A stretch of 63,416 bases of DNA, filler included, from Neolecta irregularis DAH-3 (GCA_001929475.1; 10 parts of 10 records of this genome joined end to end with filler, not necessarily neighbours in it), one strand, 5' to 3'. Counted from the first letter of the whole stretch, positions 40,508 through 53,892 are shown. Notes: generated by a model not told the origin, from the sequence alone. Translations and numbers: made by a program.

Positions 40508-41550
40508 TCAGCGGTCCCGAGACATGTCTGATCCTGAAGAATCGCTTAACCTTGTCGTAGGTCTTCGTCTCCGGCTCTATGAGTATCAGCTTCTGAATGT
40601 ACTCACGCATACACTGCTTCCAAGTGCTGGAGATAGTCGTAAACTGTCCACCTCGCTACTGTCCAAATCAACCGGTTCCTCATTGATCAATTCCTGCTCT
40701 TCGCGTGTCAGTCGTCTAGGCAACTCGACTTTGGCCTTCGGAGATGGGATTTTGCTCCAAATATAGATCCATGCGGCTGTCGTGAACAGCAATTCGACCG
40801 CCCAGAAAATTAGAATAAAGATCGCTGCGGAAATGAAACGGTGGTGATACATCATCCATCTACAGATTAGGAATGGCTTGTGACGACTCTTACCGGAGAC
40901 CTGATAGCTTGGCAAATATATGCAACTTCAGTGAGTACACTCTCAACTGACGTGATTCGACCTCGATCCTTGCCAATTTGGGGGTTGTAGACCATCCTCC
41001 TGAAAACGCATAGTCTGATATGAAAGTTATAGAGAGCCTTTCGGTCTCTTTTGACATTCCACTTATATAGAATGGAGATTTCACAAGCGTCCTAATTGAA
41101 TGAATTAAAGGTGAAACATAGGTAACGATTGCAGGTTTTGAAATCGTTATGAGTGTTTCATTTGAAGCAGCAGTAAGGTCGATCTTAATCATAAAGTTGC
41201 CTAAAGGTGAGATATCCGAGATGATAAGTGCATTGGGACCTATGTCTATGTTGGACGGTGAATTGGGTACCACCAAATCTGCAGATAATTCATAGTCCTG
41301 GTTTGGAAATAATCCTCCGAAGGGATCTATAAGTATCTCCGCCCAAGGGTTTCCCTGTCTTCAATTGAGTAACTTCTCAGTGTAAAATTTACCCAAAGAT
41401 TAAGAAGACTTCTCGCGATATTCCCGCTACCGGAACATAATTCCAGAAAAACAACAAATATGACAGGCAAGAAACTGCCAGTAGACTGAAAGCCCCAACA
41501 CTGTATAGGATACTCCCGGAAACAGCTTTAACGGCAATTGGCCATGCCAT
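40508..41550 (-). CDS. Seipin (Fld1/BSCL2 family); 3' end approximate
   Basis: TM helix, FWNYVP, QDYEL..L.VPNSPSN..IG-NFMI, YS..LHIFAKLSGLR-WMMYHH, second TM helix. Confidence 0.85.
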
Positions 41551-42327
41551 GAATGTGAATGAGGTTGCAGACAAGTCTTGGTTTGACGAAGTCTAGGTGA
41601 ACTCAAATTTTCAGTCTACATATCAAGCGTATCTCCATCGTTACTAAAACCCATATCATTTCCCCATTATGAGTATATGGAGAACCTGTGCCTGCATTGC
41701 GCTGACCGCAGTTTTAAAATTCCTGAATTCACCATGCACCTTTCCGTTATTTCATTTTCTACAGCCTTCTTCAGACGGGACCTACAGGATGGTCCGCCTT
41801 TTTGGCCGTAGAAATTGAGGGATGACTCAATGAAATGAGATGTATCTGTACTGTGAATCTTTTAATAATCATGCTGCAATCATCAGAAACAGAAGAAATA
41901 TGCCTACAAAGAAGGAATATTATTTGAATGCTTTTTGATCATAGATTCATACAACGAATGCTATAGTTGCTCTTTATATCTTCCAATAATGGATTATTGG
42001 CTAAGCTTTCACCCGGCCCTACCATCGGCATTTCGTATGTTACATATATACTATGGCTTTGTAATGTGTCGAGCTTTGTGTACAAATAAAAATAGGTTAT
42101 ATTCCTTAATCTAAGCTTGTAGACTTTATGAGCTTAGGTTAAGGTATGCCCGCTAAGTNNNNNNNNNNNNNNNNNNNNNNNNNNNNNNNNNNNNNNNNNN
42201 NNTTAATTAATTAANNNNNNNNNNNNNNNNNNNNNNNNNNNNNNNNNNNNNNNNNNNNGTGAGAATGTGCCAGAGGTTTAAAGGCAGGCCTAATATTGGA
42301 TTTTCATCTACAATTAACAAGGTACAT

Positions 42328-43155
42328 CTACTTCTTGGCACTGATCTTTTTCAAATAAAACGCCAGTTCCTCTCCCTCCAAGATGTACCCGTCACATCGT
42401 CCTGACTGCCCAGGACGACTTGAAACACAAGCCAGAAGACGTCCTGCTCCAAACTGTCCTTCTAATTGGGGATCAAGCTTGGATTGTTTTTGGCGTCCGG
42501 CGATTGTTGCTTTGACATGTCGCGAGCCCTTTACTGACACGCTGTCTTTTGCAGGCTTCTTCTTGTTAACGGGCAGACCGTAGAAAGATTCGTAGTATTG
42601 TCGAAAGGCTGACAATTAGCCCAAAACAAAGAGTGAAAGATCATACGGGTTGCATCGATCTGGACGACGGCAGATTTGGTCAAAGTATTGGTTCGGATGA
42701 GCTCATTGTTGGATGGATGATATGCGACCTGTAAAGTTAGCTCTTATCCGACATGATATAAATGAAAAAACCCGGCAGAAATAATTATACACCGATGTCG
42801 ATTGTGTCTTTGTAAAAGATATGTGATGTGTAATGAAATAAATATAGGCGATGATATATCGCTATCCTGACCTCTACACCCAATCCTGGGAATGAAACGA
42901 GATAACGAGACATACCGTAATGACTCTAGTTTTCTTGGCAACTCCTTCCGAAGCCCAAGAAAAGTTTCCACTATCTAATCTCAAAGCGCGGAATTTCCTA
43001 TTTCCTCCTCGAACACGGATTTCGTGGCAGCGCTTTGCGCCGACGCGAGTCATGGCCGGTTGTCTGCCAAGTTCGAATGCTCTCTTTTTTCGAACCAGGG
43101 CATTTTGAGCACCTGTAGCGCGGCGTTTGTGTCGAGAGTCTCGTGAAATACCCAT
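42328..43155 (-). CDS. RPS8: 40S ribosomal protein eS8, 3 exons
   Basis: [47 protein letters not shown]. Confidence 0.98.
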
Positions 43156-43250
43156 ATTTTCAGTGACTGATTTTCAGAGGAATACTGGAAGGAAACCGGA
43201 ATAATACGTTTGTCGAGTTTGTTGAGGGCTGGGCTCGTTTGGTGGTTGGG

Positions 43251-43275
43251 AGTGACTGTTGCAGAAATGTGACTA
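43251..43275 (-). promoter_or_regulatory. Two HomolD-like boxes upstream of RPS8
   Basis: TAGTCACA and CAGTCACT, each one mismatch from the fission-yeast ribosomal-protein promoter box CAGTCACA, about 95-120 nt upstream of the ATG. Confidence 0.5.
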
Positions 43276-43770
43276 ATATGTGCGTAGATAGATAATTAAG
43301 GGCCAGTTAAGATTCAAGCAGATGGTAGAGCATGAGCCTAGAAAATAATTTTTGCTGTTTCTTGTGGACACGGACGAGTTTACTGTGTCTATTCATATAT
43401 TCGGCGGCCCAGGCTGCCCTCTGTTTTCTGCCTGCGGCAATGTTGGTTGAGTGCGGAACCCAAAGCGAACTGCACTATTTCCGTCTCCAGACGTGTTTAG
43501 CAGTATATTTGCTGTAGCAGCACTAGATAGAGCGTGCTTCTAATGAAACTGAGGGAGGCTGGCAATGGATATCGTTGAGGTGCCAGATGCCAGATGCACA
43601 ATAAACGTCAAACCCAGTGTAATGCTCTAGGATACGAATGTAAAATGTGCATATTCACTCTTTCATAAACTCAGATAGCTCCAAAGTGCGTCGTTGCTTT
43701 TCACATTAGCTAAATTTGCAGAAATTGTTTATGGGGTCATCGGAGGACCTGGCGTCGGAGTTTGACTAGG

Positions 43771-43800
43771 GAAAACTCTAGAAAAAGCAGGCAACTATAT
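43771..43800 (+). promoter_or_regulatory. Imperfect heat-shock element with a TATA-like sequence
   Basis: GAAaaCTCtaGAA (nGAAn array with one mismatch) about 60 nt before the Hsp110 ATG. Confidence 0.4.
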
Positions 43801-43837
43801 TTTCCCGCTCGACCCGGCTATTCAACTTATATTCGCA

Positions 43838-46041
43838 ATGTCAGTCGTCGGAATTGATCTAGGAAATCTAAACACTTGTATTGCTGTTGCCCGGAGGGGT
43901 GGAATAGATGTCATCGTAAACGAAACGTCAAACAGAGCGACGCCTAGTCTCGTTTCGTTCGGTCAGAAGAACAGGTACCTGGGCGAACCGGCAAAGACTC
44001 AGGAAATATCAAATTACAAAAATACCGTCGGCAGCTTGAAACGACTGATTGGTCGAAGATGGAATGATCCTGAGGTTCAAATCGAAAGGAAATATATTGG
44101 GGCAGAGCTGGTCGATGTTCACGGTCAAGTCGGCGCAAAGGTAGTAGATTTGGCATTTGCTGCTCACCGACTAGGTTCAGTACTTGAATCAAGAGGAAGT
44201 GTTGACGGCAACCCAACTTGTTGCCGCACTTTTGCAAAAGGTCAAGCAAACAACCGTAAATGAGTTGAAAACAGCAGTATCCGATGTCGTGATCAGTGTA
44301 CCCGGCTGGTTCACCGACTGTCAAAGACGGGCCGTTCTCGATGCTGCAAGTATCGCCGGATTAAATCCTCTTCGCCTAATTAACGATACTACTGCATCAG
44401 CTCTTGGTTATGGAATTACAAAGACAGATCTTCCAGACGATAAACCTCGACATGTAGCAATCATTGATATAGGCCATTCAAACTACAGCGTTGCAATCGT
44501 TGCATTTAAGAAAGGCCAGCTTACAGTTAAATCAACAGCCTATGACCGTCACTTTGGAGGCCGAGATTTCGACATTGCATTAATTGATCATTTTGCCAAG
44601 GAATTCAAGGGAAAATACAATATTGATATTAAATCCAATCCCAAGGCCGTATTTAGACTTGCAGCCGCAGTTGAAAAACTGAAAAAGGTTCTCAGTGCGA
44701 ATCCAGCTGCTCCTATTAGCATTGAATCTATAATGAACGATATGGACGTTTCGTCGATCCTCAAACGAGAAGAACTGGAAGAATTCGTCAAGCCCTTACT
44801 CGAGCGTGTTACTGTGCCTCTCGAACAGGCACTAAACGATTCTGGCCTCACTAAAGATGACATATATTCTGTCGAAATGGTTGGAGGCGCTACCCGAGTT
44901 CCTTGTCTGAAGAACGCAATCTCGAATTTCTTTGGCAAGCAACTCTCTTTTACACTCAATCAAGATGAAGCTGTTTCCAGGGGAGCCGCTTTTGCCTGCG
45001 CAATACTCTCTCCCGCTTTCAAAGTTCGAGAATTTGCAGTTCACGATATATCACCTTATCCTATTTGCTTTACCTGGGAACCTGAGAGGGAAATTCCGGA
45101 TGAGGAGACCAGCTTGCTCGTTTTCCCTAAAAATAATCTCGTTCCTTCAACCAAGGTTCTTACATTCTACCGAAAAGAACCTTTTACTCTCGATGTCTCT
45201 TACACAAACGACGCAATCCTTCCTACTGGAACACAGCCTTGGATCGGCACATACACTGTCAAGAACGTGATTCCGACTGATAGCGGCGATTTCTCAATCG
45301 TAAAAGTGAAGGCAAGGATCAATCTTCACGGAATTGTCGCAGTTGAATCAGCAGCGGTTTACGAAGAAAAAGAATTCGAGGAGGAAATTCCAAAAGCAGC
45401 CGTCAATGAAGAAAAAAGAAACGAGGATAATAATGACCCAGAGGTACACTAATTATTTATTTCATTGCTTACATTAAAGGTCATGGATACAGAAGTTCCT
45501 GAAACCCGAATTGTCAAGAAACTCGTCAAAAAGGCTGACTTGCCCATTGTTGCTCAAAATGGAACTCTCTCTGAGGATTTAATGAATGCATTTAAAGAGC
45601 GAGAAGGATCAATGGCCATAGAAGATAAGCTTGTTGCTGAAACGGAGGATCGGAAAAACGCATTAGAAGAATACCTTTATGATATACGAGGTAAGCTTGA
45701 AGATATCTACGCTCCCTTTGCATCTGAGGAGGAAAAATCAGTTCTGGGAAGCCTCCTTGATGATACCGAGGTACGAGAATTCACAAGCTATTCTAAATTT
45801 CCAGAATTGGCTTTATGACGAGGGCGCAGATACCAAAAAGGCTAGATACGTGTCGAAAATGGAGGAGATTCTCAAAGTCGCAGGGCCAATTCGACAACGC
45901 TTCTTTGATGCTGAAGAAGAAAAACGACAAAAGATTGAAGAAGCCCAAATAGCGAAACGACAAGCAGAGGGAGAAAATGTTGAGCAAGGAACCGGAGGCG
46001 CTGCACCACCTGTTCCACAGGATCAGAAGATGGAGGAGTAA
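43838..46041 (+). CDS. SSE1: Hsp110 chaperone (Sse1/Pss1), 4 exons
   Basis: MSVVGIDLG, NETSNRATPSLVSF, TLNQDEAVSRG, TEDRKNALEEYLYDIR. Confidence 0.96.
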
Positions 46042-47209
46042 ATTGTACATGTGCGTGGTTTATGAATTGAGGAATTCCTACAAAATGTCGCTTCTTATAA
46101 TTATTGGATAAAAAGATTGTTTCATAACACTGAACGCTTCACGGTTTGTCATGCGCGCGTAGTGCAAAGACCCTGTTTAGACGGAAGAAAAAGGTCATTG
46201 TCATTCTTGATGTTCCCTATTTCGTTTCCGGATCAATAAATTGAGGGTTAGACTATTCTTTATGATTCATGGCTTTATCTTGCGACGGTTGCTATTTTTT
46301 CCCTATCCTTCCTCCCTTTTTGTGATTGTACAAACCGGGGTTTTCAAACCAGTATTAATATCTGCGTGAGCAGACGAAAGGCGTGTTTCCCTCATCTCCT
46401 TCTCTGGTATCAGAGTATTTCTAGACAAGATGGAAATAAATTCGCAAACTCGTTTTTCGATATGGCAAAGATTGAAATTGCAAATTACTCGACGCTATTG
46501 CAAGGATACATTCTGGATAGAAAGTCTCCTTGCTAAAACAGTCGAAAACAAAACGGCAATTTATGTCGTTGTCGCAGAATATTCATCTCAACTGCATAAG
46601 GACGGGGCGCTGGCGGGGCTGCTGCCAGTGCGCGATGAATAGGGAGATATGGGACAGTGAGGGGTAGAGGTGGAGTTGCCAATGCACGACTATATATCGC
46701 AGGGGATATTGTAAAGGCGACCTTGATGCCTAATGCATATCATACCTTGATGCGATCGTGCCTGAGATTAGGCTGTTCTCTTCACCTGGGTAGTGGACAG
46801 GTGTTTGTAGGTAAATGCCTGGGTTGTCTGGCCAAGGAAAATTGGTTCACGAGTCTAGAACTCGTTGTTTGAGCGACGACATCGTCAATAAAAAGATTAT
46901 TCCGACCAAGAGATTATACTTCCAGCTTGTCCCGTGCGCTCCCACGCCGAACAGCGTGCGAATAAACCGCGCTGCAGACGGTTCCCCGACGCCCCGCTGC
47001 TAACCGGCCGCTACAATGGCCCTGGACGCCCGCCGCTTCCTGCCCGCTGCCCGCAGAGCCCTCGCCGCGCCTTCCCCGGCCCGGCTGCCCTGCTGCGCCT
47101 GCCACCGGCCCGAGTACTCGCTGCGCGACAACATCCTCGCCCACTGCCTGCACCTGCTCGCGGCCCCGCTGCCGCCAGACCTCCTGCGTCCCTTTGTCCG
47201 CCTTGTCCT

Positions 47210-47331
47210 GTTAACCCTGACCCCAGCCGGTACCCGTGGTCCCGTTAACTCCAACCCAGCCGGTATTCCTGGTCCTTGTGGTCCTAACCGCAACCCAGCC
47301 GGTACCCGTGGTCCCGTTAACTCCAACCCAG
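47210..47331 (+). repeat. GC-rich minisatellite (cccagccggta... units of 33-39 bp) running into a gap
   Basis: cccagccggtacccgtggtcccgttaactccaacccag occurs twice with one variant unit between. Confidence 0.85.
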
Positions 47332-47537
47332 NNNNNNNNNNNNNNNNNNNNNNNNNNNNNNNNNNNNNNNNNNNNTTAATTAATTAANNNNNNNNNNNNN
47401 NNNNNNNNNNNNNNNNNNNNNNNNNNNNNNNTCATTCTAGAGGATGGAAGGTTGTCTACTGAAATCACAATAGGTCCCAAAAGACCAGCATCGAGGACAA
47501 ACCCATTCCTATAGTTCAACCCCCAGACAGCCCTCTC

Positions 47538-49147
47538 ATGTCTACCATTGCGACAAAATTCTGTCAATTGGAGATAGAAGACGGTGGTCATCGATATCAT
47601 CAAGACATTTCAATGCAATTCTTCGGGTTTCCACAATTGTTTAATCAAGTAGTTGGCGCTTGCTCATAGACTGAGCTGACTTCAAGAACACTCCGAACAC
47701 TTCCGACCGACGATCGTCATATTTGAACTCGCCATTGAAAACAAGAATTACACCAGTTTCGGAATACTCCGATCTTATTTTATCGGTCTTACCTCCCAGG
47801 GAGTTGACTGATGCATTGGTCAAAGGATATTTCACAGTCATCCCTTTCAATCGCTTCCTCGTCAACAAAGATTCATTCTATATTGAATATGACAAATTTT
47901 GGAGCGCATCTGCAATTGATCCATTCTTCTTGGCTCTCTTATTCGCTATGGTCTCGATGCCGACGGAGATCAGTAAGGAGGAAGCTAGAACTGCAGATGG
48001 AAGACAGAAAAGCTACAAAAAGCGTTTATCCGATGCCTCAACAGAATGTCTCAAACGGGGGAAATATATGAAACATTATTGCCTAAAAGGATTGCAAGCA
48101 ATGCTCCTCAACCAGTTTAACTTTTGGCTCAACAGCAAAGGCATAGATTTTCCTGGTCATTTTGACTGATACAATAGCCCATGCTTTTATAAATGCTGGA
48201 ATATTAGCATCAATAGCGCATGGCCTTGGGTAAGCAACGTTTTAACTACATAAATTGTTGATATTGTAGATTACACCGTGACCCAACAAATATAAATGGC
48301 CTTGAAGAAAGTGAATTTGAGTTCAGACGTCGTTTGTGGTGTGTGGTTCTCATCTTTGATGTGTAGATTTGCCTATCTTCAACCTTGACTTACTTTATTT
48401 AGGCATTTCTCGTGGCTTGAGGGTTTGCCGTTGCATGTTGTTCCTGCGGAAACTGATACCTTGGCACCCACCTATTCTCCACATGTAGATGGTGATACTG
48501 ATACGGCTCGAAAACACTTCAAATACACAATACTTCTCTATCATGTATTGCAAGTCTGGGCATCTATTCATCAATCTACTCGTGCTTTAAAACCGCCAGG
48601 GTATGAAAAGGTTCAACACACTCAACACTATATTTGGCAAGTTGACTCTGCCGCTGCTCAATTGCTGAAGATCGACGAGAATGAGCCAGATGCTTGGATT
48701 CTTTGGGAGGCCTGCTCGATGGAATCTGCAATTTGTCGAGCCCAGCTCACATTACATCTTTCCCACATTTCCACACATCCAGAATCTAAACAACTGGCGT
48801 TAAATGCAGCGATTCGAAGCCTGCGATGTTTTTTCACCATCAATGGCCATAGGAGTGAAGATCTAGAAACATACAAATGGCGTGGTTACTGGTGGATGAT
48901 CCGAGGTGTTCTGATTGCAACCCTTCTATCTGCTTTGCTCGTCACATCAGAAAAACTCCCAGAAGAAGAGGAAGTATGGGAATTAATTCATGGAACTCAC
49001 GAAATTTTGCGTTTGGAGGAAATGAAATGTCATCTTGGCCGAGATATTAGAATTCTGGATGTTATCGAACGACTGAGGCTGGACAGGTTGGTCAATTACG
49101 ACTTGATCAAGGATATTGAATGGGAATGGGTTCAGTCTTTTCAGTAG
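47538..49147 (+). CDS. Fungal-specific transcription factor (middle homology region); Zn2Cys6 N-terminus not visible, possibly in the gap
   Basis: LPPRELTDALVKGYF, FLALLFAM, LQAMLL, GLG-LHRDP..EFRRRLW..D, EGLP. Confidence 0.8.
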
Positions 49148-49222
49148 CGCCAATGACGTAAAATATGTCGATATCCATATTCTTTTGTGATTTTACATAA
49201 CGGAGTATTGCATTCGCTTTAT

Positions 49223-49432
49223 TTTGACAATTTATATAGGTGCAATACCAAATTCACTAAATAACCAAAATTTCTAATATAAAATGATTTCTATCTGGCC
49301 ATTTCTTTAGTTGGTGAAGTATGTTTCACATACTCACAAATTCACGTCGACTCATCCTGATCATCGTGTCACGTGACCAGTGACAAATCTTGCGAGCAGA
49401 ACTTGGAGCAAATGGCAATCAATTCACAGTTG
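49223..49432 (+). repeat. Dispersed repeat family R2
   Basis: First about 65 bp identical to 52442-52507; homologous to the reverse complement of 22677-22862. Confidence 0.9.
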
Positions 49433-49964
49433 AACAACCAACCAAGCGATTCAAACGAAACAAGCACTAGCGGGGGATCAGAATTTAAAGGTGAAACCAA
49501 TGGTCTGCCAACAAACTCAATACAAGAAAGTCAAAGGGGGACCTTTGAGGAAGCTTAGGGAATGGCAAGTATTGTGCCACCCCAATTAGGCTAGAATGCA
49601 TTAGCACTTAAGCTACAATGGTTATACCATAGTTGTCCTTCTAGAGGGATAGCACAGTGGTATAGCCAGTGTTGTGGATGGACCAAGTCCAGCCCATGGA
49701 CTTTTCTGAGGGTGGACCAGTCCATACATTTCATGTGACTACTATTTTCCTGATAAGAGCTTTCCAATGCCAAAGTATTATACATTGAGATACTATCTAG
49801 ACTTTGTAGTAGTGGATTGTAGAATAGTGATTATTCCCAGACTCAAAGCATTGATATGTTCATAAAGATCTCACACCTTTTTCATAAGAAGTATATTGAA
49901 AGCAAGTATAAATTGCTATATTATGTATATAATTCTTTTATATTTATCTAAATATTGGCAAGAA

Positions 49965-50340
49965 AGAACTGATAGGCAGGTAACAGACAGGAGAAAGGGG
50001 AGCGTGAGGCGGAAGAGACGGGGGTTAGGGGCGGGAGAGATGGGCGGGAGAGCAAGACGGATGAGACGGGCGGGCAAGACGGACGAGACGGGACGGATGG
50101 ACGAGACGGGAAAGGCAGGCTGATGGGAAAGGCGGTCGGGATGGGCGGACGCGAAAGGCGGGCGGGACAGGCAGACAGGAAAGGCGGGACGGACAGGCGG
50201 GACGGGCGGGCGAGGCAGGGTTCCTAACCGACTGGACCAGACCAACCAAGACCCCTGGTCTGGTCCGTCTGGACCGCTGGATTCCTTGGTCTGGTCTGTC
50301 TAAACAGACCATGGACCGGTCCAGTCCGTCTGGACCATCC
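49965..50340. repeat. Purine-rich (gacgg/gcggg) tract followed by a cluster of direct and inverted ctggacc/ggtctggtc motifs
   Basis: Seen directly; the motif cluster starts at CAGGGTT (50216). Confidence 0.7.
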
Positions 50341-50439
50341 TTTTCTAACAGATATATGTTGCCTGGTTACAATGGGAATTTTTGTATTAACAATGATGTA
50401 TCCTGTTGTCAACTTATACCTGAAGTCAANNNNNNNNNN

Positions 50440-50723
50440 CGAAGCAACGAGTGCATTAGACTCTACGTCTGAAGTAGTCGTCAATCAAGCTCTTGAGAAA
50501 GCATCACAAGGCCGTACGACTGTTGCTATTGCTCATCGGTAGAAATTTTTATTTTTCGTGATTTTACTAATTCTCCAGGCTCTCTACTATTCAAAGAGCT
50601 GACGTTATTTATTTTTTTGAGGCTGGAAAAGTTCTTGAACAAGGAACACATAATGAGTTAATCGCTTTACGTGGGAAATACTTTGAGATGGTTCAGATGC
50701 AGCAGCTTGACAAGACTGCCTAA
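50440..50723 (+). CDS. C-terminal end of an ABCB/MDR-type transporter (partial, after a gap)
   Basis: EATSALD..QALEKASQGRTTVAIAHR-LSTIQRAD..EQGTHNELI..GKY. Confidence 0.9.
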
Positions 50724-52441
50724 TTGGCGCAATATTCGATGAGGGTCCAGGACATTTAATATAATTCAATCACAGGCAAGGGTTTAATATTGGTAATTGA
50801 TTAGTTTCTTTGTTTTCCACTCAATGTTCGGAATAATTCATGTCCTCCTGATTAAAGTTACTAGTACTGAAAAATGAAATACCTTTTGTGATGTGCTTGT
50901 ATACTTTAAATTTGATTCTACTACCCTGGTTTGGTTTCGAAGAAAGTAGGGAAGTTTGAAACAGAATCAGAACGTGTCTTCATGTCTACTGTGTTCGTTT
51001 TGATTAAAAGTGCACATACCTCCCCATGATTGTGGAGGTCACCTCTTAATCAGGAAAAGTCAATCGCAAGCAGAAACACAAAAAGGAAGCCAATGGAGTA
51101 CAGGAACTGGCAGACAGGAAAGGAGAAGAGGGAAAGGCCGAAGGGGGTCTACGGAACCCAAAGCAACAAGGGAAGATAGATGAGCCAGAAGCAGCTCAAC
51201 AGGGGAATAGAAAGTGTATGCTAAACTAAATAACTCAGACCTGGTTGGACTAGCGGGAGGCTTTAACAGGCAATTACAATAGCATAAATTATTTTCTAAA
51301 GTTCCTATGCTTCCAAATCTCAACCAAAGTTTACCTGAATATAGGATATACCCCAAACGGTAAGATGGCTTGGAAAAGACTCGAGAGGAAATTTCATGAA
51401 ATTTGCCAATGCTTCAAATTCCAATTTTAAGCGGGCGTTCGGTGCACAACTTTCTTGAAATAATTTCACCATTTTTTCTTTTTTCGCGTCAACACCTGAG
51501 AGGAGAAATCGCCCAAGTCCCTCTCTGACACCACCCACAACGTTAAGTCGAAAAATCTTTCAACACAAAAATCTTTACCCCCAGTTCCTGTTACTTAGCC
51601 TAGCAACAAACCAAGGTCAGTGGTTCTTGTTGCTGTGGGGTACCCATGAGTGCCCACTGTTATTATGCCATGGTGAGAGGATGTCAGAGACAGAAGGATG
51701 CAGCGATAGGTCTATTTTATTACTCGCTAAACCACTGGTTTAAACCCTTCTATTCCAGATGAGGATTCAGGCGGTGGTAGGCACAAATAAATATTTTGCT
51801 CATTGGTAATATTGGAACCGCGTTTCATTGTATAACGAATTTATCTAACGTACTTCGTAGTAAGGCTAAAATTCGGTAGACCTTACACAAGAAGAAGGAA
51901 TTCGTTGTACAGAGGCTCCCTATAGCCAAGTTCGACTGTAGATGTATCTTTTTAGTGCCACAAAAACAGGTTGTATAAGCATGATCTATTTATATCGTTC
52001 ATAAACGTTAATTGTAATCCTTCGTTCTCCCTGCTACCATCCTACAACCCAGCCTACCCGGCACTTATCCCGCCTACCTATCCTTAGTAATAGGATAGTA
52101 AGCGTACTGTCCAACTATATATCTACGTCATTATACAGGCATATGTATATAGTGGGTTTCTATGTACCAGTATATACTTACGCCGTATCTCAAAGATACA
52201 TACGAGACACTCTTCATTCGCTCCAAGGATACCGGGCGGTCTCGAAGAATCACTGCGAAATCCGTAACGAGTTGCTTATCAAAGCTGGTCACTAGAAATC
52301 GACAATCAGGGAATAACAACATTGGTGGTCCAAATGTTAACTGAGAGAGGGAAGAAGCCGCGAAAAAATCAAACCCGAAGGAGAGGTGAGGGAAGTGTGT
52401 CCACCTGACCGCCGGCCAGAGACCATCTGGGCGGGTAGTCT

Positions 52442-52507
52442 TTTTGACAATTTATATAGGTGCAATACCAAATTCACTAAATAACCAAAATTTCTAATAT
52501 AAAATGA
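52442..52507 (+). repeat. Repeat family R2, contig-end copy
   Basis: Identical to the start of the 49223 copy. Confidence 0.9.
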
Positions 52508-52607
52508 NNNNNNNNNNNNNNNNNNNNNNNNNNNNNNNNNNNNNNNNNNNNTTAATTAATTAANNNNNNNNNNNNNNNNNNNNNNNNNNNNNNNNNNNNN
52601 NNNNNNN

Positions 52608-52765
52608 ATTACCGCTTGTCCTCCTCGCCTGTTATCGCCCTCCACCTCTTACTACTCGCCCTCTTTAATGGGCTGGGCTAAGCCCATGGCCCATCCGCAT
52701 CACTGAACCAAGCTCATTTGTACTTCAGCGATCACTTACAACAATATACTTATACTCCACAACAA
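52608..52765 (+). repeat. Repeat family R1, 3' part
   Basis: About 150 bp near-identical to 57520-57669; contains hairpin atgggctgggc-taa-gcccatggcccat. Confidence 0.92.
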
Positions 52766-52889
52766 GCTGCATTCATAATCGCATCATTCCTATGGTATCT
52801 TATCAATATCCATCTACAGAACGGCAGAATGGCAGAATGGGGGACATAGACAATACTTATTAAACCAAAAATACATTGAATTACAATTG

Positions 52890-53560
52890 TCTGTTGATCT
52901 ACATCCTTGAGTGGCAGTAACTTTCAGTAATGATATCAACATCACCTGTCAAGATCGTCCGTCCCTCTTCAAACAGTTGATCTTTGCGGCTAGAACATCA
53001 GATGACTTGTTAAATCCCAACTCATATAGTGACTCTAGCGAACATTTCTGTTGGAACACGTGGTCCAAAGCATTTCGTTGATATTCAATGATTTTTTATT
53101 AAACAGATAGTACCCGTGGACACCGGTTAACTCAGTTGTTGAAAAGAAGAAAGAGCGGCATCTCCAGAGTTCGAGGCATCGTTTAGCACAACCTTCTCTT
53201 GCAATGTATCGCGTGTTGCAATAACCAAGATCGTGAACAAGTCCATGTTGCAAGATAGCGCAATCTGTAATCGAGACATGCAATTTAACACCTTCCAACT
53301 GGTCGATATACAATGCAAAGGAAAGGTTTCCGCACAAGGTGATGTTGTCGTGGTCACAAGGTGTGGGGTGGACATCAAGTGTGTCCAACCGGTCTCCGAA
53401 GGCTAAAAGAGCCACCGGCGCGTTAATTATTACAATTGTATCTTGATATTTTCACCTTGCAATTTTTCGTAACTGGCACAGGCTGGACCTTGCCACCTAC
53501 CACCTTCGTGTTCTTATTGAGAACACTTGTATTTCAATCCTCCAGCATCTGCAGTTATGA
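52890..53560 (-). CDS. Hypothetical Cys/His-rich multi-exon protein
   Basis: 126-codon ORF 53035-53415 flanked by intron-like sequences; no family recognised. Confidence 0.3.
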
Positions 53561-53892
53561 GTAAGCAGGTATATTGTTTATAATAATATCTTCTACAGTA
53601 ACAAACTCGGCAGCGCTGCTGAAATCGAGTTGTCAACAAATTCAATTCAATTTGCAGAATATATACACTCTCATAAATTTTCGAGTATTATTTTCATGCC
53701 ACAAAGAGATTTGAGGAAAAGTGTAAGGATATACCCAGTCGGTATACCTTACCAATACAGTAATCAGGCATTGGTGGAATAAATAGCGGAGTTTATAGTT
53801 ATACCTAGCCTGAGTTACAACACTTAGGCTAGGTATGTCCCTGTACGGANNNNNNNNNNCCGGCATACTTTTCTGATTTTGCCCTGCGGCAG

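Noticed and set aside
47210-47225. TAACCC as a telomeric repeat
   Set aside because: A single unit inside a minisatellite, not a tandem telomere array
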